From assembly GCA_964404305.1 (NCBI GenBank), contig CAYOJP010000004.1, forward strand, positions 1,624 to 38,408: DNA of 36,785 nucleotides, in the 5' to 3' direction. This document shows, piece after piece, positions 25,441 through 32,489 of this stretch. The stretch comes from an uncultured Gammaproteobacteria bacterium. GTDB taxonomy: Bacteria > Pseudomonadota > Gammaproteobacteria > JADZEE01. Both the position numbers and the translations under genes were made by a program. Every line of letters starts with the position of its first letter. The first letter of the stretch is position 1. The notes under the pieces were generated by a model. It saw nothing but the letters and a program-made list of their open reading frames with translations, was not told the DNA's origin and did not search any database.

Positions 25441-27782
25441 GCGCCCGTCCGCAACCCGGTTACGAGGATCCGATCGGCCGCTCGATCCCGAGGGTCGACG
25501 CTCGCGACAAACTGACCGGCCGCGCCGTCTACACGGACGACATCGACCTGCCGGGCATGCTGCACGCCGCCATCCTCGGAGCGGACCATCCGCACGCGCG
25601 CATCCTCTCCATCGACATCAGTGCGGCGCAGGCCCTGCCCGGCGTGAAGGCCGTGATCACCGGCCGCAACATCGAGACGGGGCTCATCGGCAGCTGCCTG
25701 AAGGACGAGCCGCCGCTCGCCACCGACAAGGTGCGGTACGTGGGCGAGCCGGTGGCCGCAGTCGCGGCCGTGGACGCGGAGACCGCGCGGCGCGCGGTGC
25801 AACTCATCGACGTGCGCTACGAGGAACTCGAGCCGGTCCTCGACATCGACGCCGTGCTCTCGCCCGGTGCCCCCGTCATCCACGAGCACAAGCAGGATTA
25901 CTTCTGCATCTACGAGATGCCTTCGGCGCCCAATGCGGCCGGCTACACCCAGTTCAAGGAAGGCTCGCCCGAGTCCGCGTGGGCCGAGTGCGACGTGATC
26001 GTCGAGGGCGTCTACGAGACCCCGGCCCAGGAGCACATGTACCTCGAGCCCTGCTCGACCGTCGCGGCTCCCGAGGCGAACGGCAAGTTCGTGGTCTGGT
26101 CGTCCATGCAGAGCGTCTTCCGCGTGCAGGTGCTCACCGCCGAGGCACTGAAGATTCCGATGACCAGGCTGCGGGTGATTGCACCGAAGATCGGCGGGGG
26201 CTTCGGCGGCAAGTGCGAACTGACCAACCAGCCGATCGCGGTGGCGCTCGCCATGGCCGCGAACGCCCCGGTGAAGCTCACCTACACGCGCGCCGAGGAC
26301 ATGAGCACCGTCAAGTCGCGCCACGCGTGCCGCACGATCATGAAGACCGGCGCGAAACGCGACGGCACGCTCGTCGCACGCGAGGTGCTCATGCATTTCG
26401 ACACCGGCGCCTATGCCGACGAGGGCCCGGAGGTCGCGTCCGTCGGCGCGTTCTTCGCCCGCGGTCCGTACCGCATCCCGCACATCAACGCGGAGGCCTG
26501 GTGCTGGTACACGAACAAGCTCAAGGCCGGCGCGTTCCGCGGGTTCGGCAACCCGCAGGTCTCCTATGCGAGCGAACTCCAGATCGACGAGATCGCCGCC
26601 AGGCTCGGCCTGGACCCGATGGACGTGCGCCGGCGCAACGCGCTCGCGAGCGGCGACCTGTGGCTCGGCGGCAAGACCGTCAAGGGCGGAACCCTCGTGC
26701 CCTGCATCGATGCCCTGCGCGAGGCCTGCGGCTGGGACGCGAAGCGGGGCGGGATCCCGGCGCCGCCGGGGAAGAAGCGCGGCATCGGCATGGCCACGGT
26801 CGCACACATCTCCGCCATGATGGGCGCCGGCTCCACCGTGCGTCTCAATGAGGACGGCACCGTGACGGTCAATACCGGCGCCATCGACATCGGCGAGGGC
26901 GCCGACACCGTGCTCACGCAGATGGCGGCCTCGGCCCTGCAGGTGCCGGTCGAGAGCATCAACTACGCCAACGCGGACAGCGATCTGTCGCCCTACAACT
27001 TCCAGACCTCCGCGAGCCGCACTACCTATACCGTCGGCAAGGCCGTGGAGAACGCGTCGCTCCAGGTGCGCGACAAGATATTCGCGCATGCGGCGGAGAT
27101 CCTGGAGTGCGCCCCGGGGGACCTGGAGCTGCGGGGCAATGGCGTCGTCGGCGTGCAGGGCGTGCCGGATGCGAAGCTTCCCTACGCGGCGATCGCTGCC
27201 CGCGCGCTGTACGGCACCGGCGGGCCGATCAGCGGCCACTACAACTGGATCTACGAGGGTGATGCCTACGATCCTAAACGCGCCATCATTCGCGGATTCA
27301 CGTTCTCCGGCATCGGCGTATTCTGCTTCGCGGCGCAGGCCGTGGAGGTGGAGGTGGACCTCGCTTCCGGGCAGGTCGAGGTCGTGCAGGCCTGGTCCGC
27401 GCACGACGTCGGACGGGCCATCAACCCGCGCTCCGTCGAGGGGCAGGTCCAGGGCGGCTTCGTGCAGGGGCTGGGCTACGCGCTGACCGAGGAACTCGTG
27501 TGGGACGGCGGCCGGCTCGAGAACCCGAGCATGATGGACTACAAGATACCCGGCGCGCTCGACGTCCCCTACGCCATCCAGCCCATCATCCTCGAGCATC
27601 CCGAGGAGGACGGGCCCTGGGGCGCCAAGGGCATCGGCGAGATCGGGATCGTCGGCGTCGCTCCCGCGGTAGTGAACGCGATCACCCACGCGACCGGCGC
27701 GACGGTGAAGACGATCCCGGCGACGCCGGAACGCGTGCTCGACACCCTGATCGCGGCCGGCGTGGAGGGGTCGCTGGATTGA
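25437..27782 (+). CDS. molybdopterin-binding large subunit, xanthine dehydrogenase/aldehyde oxidase type
   Basis: VDARDKLTGRAVYTDD, IGGGFGGK, AFRGFGNPQ and AKGIGEIG motifs. The ATG at 25437 overlaps the small-subunit stop (ATGA). Confidence 0.9.
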   Translation: MSARPQPGYEDPIGRSIPRVDARDKLTGRAVYTDDIDLPGMLHAAILGADHPHARILSIDISAAQALPGVKAVITGRNIETGLIGSCLKDEPPLATDKVRYVGEPVAAVAAVDAETARRAVQLIDVRYEELEPVLDIDAVLSPGAPVIHEHKQDYFCIYEMPSAPNAAGYTQFKEGSPESAWAECDVIVEGVYETPAQEHMYLEPCSTVAAPEANGKFVVWSSMQSVFRVQVLTAEALKIPMTRLRVIAPKIGGGFGGKCELTNQPIAVALAMAANAPVKLTYTRAEDMSTVKSRHACRTIMKTGAKRDGTLVAREVLMHFDTGAYADEGPEVASVGAFFARGPYRIPHINAEAWCWYTNKLKAGAFRGFGNPQVSYASELQIDEIAARLGLDPMDVRRRNALASGDLWLGGKTVKGGTLVPCIDALREACGWDAKRGGIPAPPGKKRGIGMATVAHISAMMGAGSTVRLNEDGTVTVNTGAIDIGEGADTVLTQMAASALQVPVESINYANADSDLSPYNFQTSASRTTYTVGKAVENASLQVRDKIFAHAAEILECAPGDLELRGNGVVGVQGVPDAKLPYAAIAARALYGTGGPISGHYNWIYEGDAYDPKRAIIRGFTFSGIGVFCFAAQAVEVEVDLASGQVEVVQAWSAHDVGRAINPRSVEGQVQGGFVQGLGYALTEELVWDGGRLENPSMMDYKIPGALDVPYAIQPIILEHPEEDGPWGAKGIGEIGIVGVAPAVVNAITHATGATVKTIPATPERVLDTLIAAGVEGSLD

Positions 27783-27790
27783 AGGCCACT

Positions 27791-27808
27791 GTCCGGTTGC
27801 AGCCGGAC
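27791..27808 (+). terminator. hairpin just after the Mo-subunit stop (possible terminator, no T tract)
   Basis: GTCCGG-TTGCAG-CCGGAC. Confidence 0.25.
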
Positions 27809-27877
27809 CTGCGGGTGCTGCGGAGGCTGTGTCCGCTCCAGCTCCGGGCACTGCAGGCCCGCCAGTCCAGGTCCCGG

Positions 27878-28080
27878 GCAGGCGAAGGTCCACCGCACCT
27901 TCGCGCGCAAATGTCGGTCGCTCCGGCAGGCGCTTTTGCCGGGCGTCCGCTAACGCCCGGCCCGGCCAGGCGAAGGTCCGCCGGACCTTCGCTCGCGATC
28001 CGCACCCGGACTTTCCACGCCGTCCCTGGCGCGACCCCCGCGCGTCCGCTAACGCCCGGCCCGGCCATCCCTGGCCGGGC
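27878..28080. repeat. composite REP-like extragenic palindromic repeat, two units
   Basis: Hairpin core GCGAAGGT(CC)..(GG)ACCTTCGC occurs at 27882-27904 and 27970-27992. An identical 26-mer GCGTCCGCTAACGCCCGGCCCGGCCA occurs at 27943-27968 and 28042-28067. A terminal hairpin GCCCGGCCA-TCCC-TGGCCGGGC lies at 28058-28080. Confidence 0.7.
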
Positions 28081-28981
28081 GTTCGGCCAGGACCTGGTCC
28101 GCGACGGCCGCGTCGACCTGGCAGGTACCGGCCGCCTTGTGGCCGCCCCCTCCGTGCTTGAGCATCAGCGCGCCGATGTCGGCCGTCGACGAGCGATCGA
28201 AGATCGACTTCCCGCAGGCGAGCACCACGTTCTTCTTCTCGCGGCCCCACATGACGTGGATCGAGACCTTCGCTTTCGGGAACACCGCGTAGATGAGGAA
28301 GCGGTTGCCGGCGTGGATCGCCTCCTCCCCGCGCAGGTCGAGCACCACGACGTCGCCATGCTGCCTGCCGCAGCGCTGCAATTGCGCCTCGAACTGGACC
28401 TGCTGGGCAAAATAGAGCTCGGTGCGTTCCTTCACGTCCGGGTTGGCGAGGATCTCGGCGAGCGGCAGGCGCCGGATCATGTCGATCAGTGCCATCATCA
28501 ACTGGTAGTTGGAGATCCGGAAATCGCGGAACCGCCCGAGGCCCGTGCGCGAGTCCATGATGAACGACAGCAGCGGCCAGCCACCGGGCTTGATCACCTC
28601 GTCGCGCGACCACTGCGCCGAGTCCGCGCGATCGACCGCCTCCATCATGGCGTCGGTCACGTGCAGGAACTTCTGCTTGCCGCCGTAATGGCGCCAGATG
28701 ACGCGGGCCGCCGAGGGCGATTCGGGGTCGATCACCAGGTTCGACCGGGTCCCGAGGCGGGTCACCTCGCTCGCGTGGTGGTCGAAGGTCATGTAGCAGC
28801 CCTCGACGTACGGCAGGTTCGTGATGATGTCACGGCCGGTAATCGCGACGGTCCCGTCCTGCATGTCTTTCGGATGAGCGAAGACCACCTCGTCGATGAG
28901 ATCCAGTTCCTTCAGCAGGACGGCGCAGACGAGCCCGTCGAAGTCACTGCGCGTCACCAGTCGATACTTGCCTTCGGTCAT
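28049..28981 (-). CDS. DHH/DHHA1-family phosphoesterase (NrnB/exopolyphosphatase-like)
   Basis: DFDGLVCAVLL, FDHHAS and GGGHKAAG motifs. The start is MTEGKYRLVT at 28981. The last ~13 codons overlap the REP-like repeat/hairpin. Confidence 0.75.
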   Translation of the reverse strand: MTEGKYRLVTRSDFDGLVCAVLLKELDLIDEVVFAHPKDMQDGTVAITGRDIITNLPYVEGCYMTFDHHASEVTRLGTRSNLVIDPESPSAARVIWRHYGGKQKFLHVTDAMMEAVDRADSAQWSRDEVIKPGGWPLLSFIMDSRTGLGRFRDFRISNYQLMMALIDMIRRLPLAEILANPDVKERTELYFAQQVQFEAQLQRCGRQHGDVVVLDLRGEEAIHAGNRFLIYAVFPKAKVSIHVMWGREKKNVVLACGKSIFDRSSTADIGALMLKHGGGGHKAAGTCQVDAAVADQVLAERPARDGRAGR

Positions 28982-29033
28982 GCTCGAGCCTCCGTTGCGT
29001 GCCGGTCGAAAGTGCGGCTGATGGTTCGCCAAA

Positions 29034-29053
29034 GCCCTGCAAATTGCAAGGGC
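29034..29053 (-). terminator. possible weak terminator of the NmrA-like gene, or an operator upstream of the DHH gene
   Basis: On the minus strand, GCCCUUGCAAUUUGCAGGGC is followed by UUUGG. A second palindrome GCAGCGACGCTGC lies adjacent at 29052-29064. Confidence 0.25.
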
Positions 29054-29107
29054 AGCGACGCTGCCGATCGCCGCCGGCAACCGACTGCGACGCGGTGACC
29101 GCGGACC

Positions 29108-29965
29108 TCAGGCGAACGCGGCCGCGTGGTCGCGCGCGAACTGCGCGAGTCCGATCGGCTCCCGGCCGGTGATCCGGGCCACGCAGCCGCTCACCATGTC
29201 GAAGTGGCCGGCCGCGATCTCGGCGAACAGCTCGTTGTAGGCGTCGACCAGCCACGCCTCGTAGCCGAACCCGGCGAGGGCGGCCGCGAACTGCGAGGCG
29301 CTGACCGGCACGTATTCGACGGCCCGGCCGAGTGCCGCCCCGAGCCGGCGTGCGGCCTCCGCGAACCCGAGCGACTCGGCGCCGGTCACGAGGTAGCAGC
29401 GCCCCGCGTGGCCCTCGCCCGTGAGGGCGGCCGCTACCACCGCGGCGATGTCCCGGCAATCCACCATGCCGACCTCCCCGTCGCCCATCGGCAGGTACAG
29501 GCGGCCCTCCGCGCGAATGGTCGGGGCGGCGTGCAGCAGGTTCTGCATGAAGTAGGACGGACGCACCATCGTCCAGTCGAGGCCGCTCGCACGCAGGTGG
29601 CCCTCCGCCTCCCCGTGCCAGCGGGTGATCCGGGCGCTGCGATCGATGCCGGCGTCGATGGCCGAGTACTTGACCACGTGCCGGACACCGGCGGCGCCGG
29701 CACGGTCGATGAACTCGCGTTCGACCCGCGGCTGCTCGGGGACGTTCGGCGGCAGGAGCAGCGCCCGCTCCACGCCGGCGAGCGCGGCCGTCACCGTCTC
29801 GGGCCGCAGCAGGTCGCCCGCCACGACCTCGATGCCGAGGTCGGCGAGCCAGCCGGCCCGCGCCGGATCGCGGACGAGGGCACGGACGCGCGCGCCCTGC
29901 CCGGCCAGCAGGCGGGCGATGTGGGCACCGGTCGTGCCTGTGGCGCCGGTCAGCAGGATGGTCAT
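29108..29965 (-). CDS. NmrA-family NAD(P)-binding protein
   Basis: MTILLTGATGTTGAHIARLL Rossmann motif; 285 aa. Divergent from a LysR gene. Confidence 0.85.
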   Translation of the reverse strand: MTILLTGATGTTGAHIARLLAGQGARVRALVRDPARAGWLADLGIEVVAGDLLRPETVTAALAGVERALLLPPNVPEQPRVEREFIDRAGAAGVRHVVKYSAIDAGIDRSARITRWHGEAEGHLRASGLDWTMVRPSYFMQNLLHAAPTIRAEGRLYLPMGDGEVGMVDCRDIAAVVAAALTGEGHAGRCYLVTGAESLGFAEAARRLGAALGRAVEYVPVSASQFAAALAGFGYEAWLVDAYNELFAEIAAGHFDMVSGCVARITGREPIGLAQFARDHAAAFA

Positions 29966-30073
29966 GGGAGTTCCTCGCGCAGGTTGTCCAGGGGCGTCAC
30001 TCTAGACCGGGTTTTGTTTCCGCTGAAGCGGCACTGTAGCCTAAGAGTGTTTCCATCACGGCCACAATCGACC

Positions 30074-30976
30074 ATGGACCGCAGCGACCGCCTGCAATTG
30101 TTCGTGACCGTCGTCGAGTGCGGCAGCTTCAGCGCGGCCGCGGCGCGCAACGGCATCACCCGCTCGCTGGTGAGCAAGCAGATCCGCGCGCTCGAACGCG
30201 ATCTCGGCGTGCGGCTGCTGAACCGGACGACCCGCTCCTCCAGCCTCACCGACGTCGGCCGGCGCGTGTACGCGCTGGCGCGGGGCCTGCGTGCGCAGTT
30301 GCGCGAAATCGAGGCGCTGGTCGCGAGCGCCCAGGCGACGGTCGGCGGCGAACTGCGGCTCGCGTGCGCGACGCATTTCGGCCGCCGCCATCTACTGCCG
30401 GTCCTGCTCGCTCTCGCCGCCGCGCATCCGGCCCTGCGCTTCGACGTGCGCCTCGACGACCGGCAGGTGGATCTGGTGGGCGAGGGCGTCGACGTCGCGG
30501 TCCGCATCGCGCGGCCGGGCGACTCGACGCTCGTCGCCCGCAAGCTGACCGACAACCCCGTCTCGCTCGTCGCCTCGCCCGCCTACCGGGACACCCGCGG
30601 CCTGCCGCGCACCGTGCGCGAGCTCGCCGTGCACCGGACGCTGGTCTATGCCCGGGAGGAGATCGTGGTGGATGACTGGCAGTACTACCGGGGTCGCGAG
30701 GTGCGCAGTGTCCGGGTCGCGCCCGCGTTCAAGGCCAGCGACGGGGATCTGCTCCTCGACGCGGCCGTGGCGGGTGCCGGCATCGCCCTGCTCCCGGACT
30801 TCATGCTCGGGGCGGCGCTGGCGGCGGGCAAGCTGCTGCGGGTGCTGCCGAAGCTGGCGCTGGTGCCCTACGCCCCGGTCTACCTAATCTATCCGGGCCG
30901 GGCGCACCTCCCGCCGCGGACGCGGGTATTCATCGAGGCGATGACCGCGCACGTCCGCGCGAGCGGCCTGGCGTGA
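30074..30976 (+). CDS. LysR-family transcriptional regulator
   Basis: FVTVVECGSFSAAAARNGITRSLVSKQIRALERDLGVRLLNRTTR HTH. ATG at 30074. The 5' part of track ORF 29126..30976 is antisense to the NmrA gene and is rejected. Confidence 0.9.
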   Translation: MDRSDRLQLFVTVVECGSFSAAAARNGITRSLVSKQIRALERDLGVRLLNRTTRSSSLTDVGRRVYALARGLRAQLREIEALVASAQATVGGELRLACATHFGRRHLLPVLLALAAAHPALRFDVRLDDRQVDLVGEGVDVAVRIARPGDSTLVARKLTDNPVSLVASPAYRDTRGLPRTVRELAVHRTLVYAREEIVVDDWQYYRGREVRSVRVAPAFKASDGDLLLDAAVAGAGIALLPDFMLGAALAAGKLLRVLPKLALVPYAPVYLIYPGRAHLPPRTRVFIEAMTAHVRASGLA

Positions 30977-31043
30977 CGATCGACGCCGGTGCGGGCACGG
31001 CCGCCCGCGCGACGGCCGCACCGCGGGGCATGCGACCGGGTAT

Positions 31044-31706
31044 TCAGACCCCGCGCCGCGGCCACTGCGCGAGGAAGTCCGCCGTCACCCGGCGCGCGAG
31101 CGTCGTCATCTGCGCGCGCGTCGGCGGCCCCGACACCCCGCAGTATCGTTCGAGCATGATCCGGTGCAGCAGCATGCCCCAGAAGTATTCCGCTGCCGGC
31201 TGCGGGTCGGGTATGACCGCGTCGCCGCGGGCGGCCCGCAGGCGCAGGTAACGGCTCAGGCCCTCGATGCCGCGGGCCGGGCCGTGCTCCCAGTACAGCC
31301 GGCCGATGGCGGGCTCGCGCAGCGCCTCGGCGAAGACCAGCCGCTGCACGCCGACCCCGCGCTCCGAGGTAAGCGCCTCCAGCGTCTTCAGGGCGAGGAA
31401 CTCGAGGCCTTCGGCGAGCGGCCGTTCGCGCAGGTCCAGGTCGGTGAGCGGCGCCAGGACCTCGGAGAGCGTCGCGTCGATGATCGCGGCGAACAGTGCC
31501 TCCTTGCTGCCGAAGTGCGCGTAGACCGAACTCTTCGAACCGCCGACCCGCGCGATCAGTTCGTTGATGCTCGCCGCCTCGTAGCCGAGTTCGAGGAACA
31601 TGCGGGTGGCCGCATCCAGCAGCGACTGGCGCTTGCGCTGCGCCTGCGGTCGCAGTGCACGCAGTGGGACAGCGGGCGCGGGGCGGGCACGCGGGGCGCG
31701 GGGCAT
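31044..31706 (-). CDS. TetR-family transcriptional regulator
   Basis: LLDAATRMFLELGYEAASINELIARVGGSKSSVYAHFGSKEALF. Confidence 0.9.
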   Translation of the reverse strand: MPRAPRARPAPAVPLRALRPQAQRKRQSLLDAATRMFLELGYEAASINELIARVGGSKSSVYAHFGSKEALFAAIIDATLSEVLAPLTDLDLRERPLAEGLEFLALKTLEALTSERGVGVQRLVFAEALREPAIGRLYWEHGPARGIEGLSRYLRLRAARGDAVIPDPQPAAEYFWGMLLHRIMLERYCGVSGPPTRAQMTTLARRVTADFLAQWPRRGV

Positions 31707-31742
31707 GGCCGATTATCGCGGAAAACCGCGAGTGCTGGAGGC

Positions 31743-31771
31743 TTGACAAACTTGTACCATATGTTACAGAT
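31743..31771 (+). promoter_or_regulatory. sigma70-like promoter with embedded palindromic operator
   Basis: TTGACA (31743-31748), a 16-17 nt spacer, then TACAGAT. The 14/16 palindrome TGTACCATATGTTACA (31753-31768) sits in the spacer. It lies 59 nt upstream of the VOC ATG and between the divergent tetR and VOC genes. Confidence 0.55.
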
Positions 31772-31829
31772 TTAGCCGGCCCGGCATGGTGACCGGGCCT
31801 GCCCGTCAACCCGCACAGGAGCAATACCC

Positions 31830-32450
31830 ATGGCCACACCCGTCAACCGCGGCATGCATCACATGGCCCTCGTCACCCGCAACATGGAGGAGACCTGCCG
31901 GTTCTGGATCGACGTTCTGGGCTGCAAGCCGAAGGTGCTCCTGCACCTGCCCGGCGAGGATCCATTCGCGGACCAGACCTGGGATGTCCCGGTGGGCAGC
32001 CTCGCCAATGCGAAGCACTACTTCTTCGACATCGGCAACGGCGACGCCGTCGCCTTCTTCGACATCGGCGACCAGGTCGATGCCATTCCCGATTCCATGC
32101 GCTCGCGCTTCGCGCACCACCTGGCGATCGGCCTCGACTCCGAGGCGGAACTGCATGCCGCCCGCGAGCACCTGCTCGCTCACGGCGTCGACTGTTCGGA
32201 CGTGGTCGATCACCTGTTCTGCAAGTCGATCTACTTCAACTCCCCGGAGGGTCATTACCTGGAGTACGCCGTGTACTCCAGGAACTGGACGCCGGAGCGC
32301 CCGTTCCTGCAGGATCGACAGCCTACGCCCGCCGCCCTGCGCGCCATCGGCGAGGATGCCTACCGGCGGCACGCGCTGGACTTCGAGGCCGGCGTCGCCG
32401 CGACCTACGACGAGGCCCGCCGCAAGCTGCTGGCCGACGAAACCCCGTGA
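31830..32450 (+). CDS. VOC (glyoxalase/bleomycin-resistance/dioxygenase) family protein
   Basis: MHHMALVT, FAHHLAIGL and GHYLEYAV give a His/His/Glu pattern. AGGAG RBS. Confidence 0.75.
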   Translation: MATPVNRGMHHMALVTRNMEETCRFWIDVLGCKPKVLLHLPGEDPFADQTWDVPVGSLANAKHYFFDIGNGDAVAFFDIGDQVDAIPDSMRSRFAHHLAIGLDSEAELHAAREHLLAHGVDCSDVVDHLFCKSIYFNSPEGHYLEYAVYSRNWTPERPFLQDRQPTPAALRAIGEDAYRRHALDFEAGVAATYDEARRKLLADETP

Positions 32451-32489
32451 CCGCCTGCGTGTCCGGTCGCGTAACGGAGAGCGCCGACC

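Noticed and set aside
24116-27782. Calling the coxMSL-ordered genes an aerobic CO dehydrogenase.
   Set aside because: The large subunit shows AFRGFGNPQ and GGGFGGK (XDH/aldehyde-oxidase type) rather than the CODH AYRCSFR-type active-site loop, and no coxDEFG genes follow.
27878-28080. Possible CRISPR array or tandem repeat.
   Set aside because: There are only two copies, with unequal spacing (88 versus 99 bp). The repeat is internally palindromic and GC-rich like REP elements. No cas genes are present.
27829-28161. 110-aa ORF with a repeated peptide RASANARPG.
   Set aside because: The peptide repeat is simply the translation of the REP-like DNA repeat. The ORF has no RBS and overlaps the DHH gene end.
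25389-28613. 1074-aa ORF on the minus strand, the longest in the track.
   Set aside because: It is antisense to the motif-rich Mo-subunit gene and runs across the REP region. The translation is Arg/Gly/Ala/Pro-rich with no recognisable motif. This is a typical high-GC shadow ORF.
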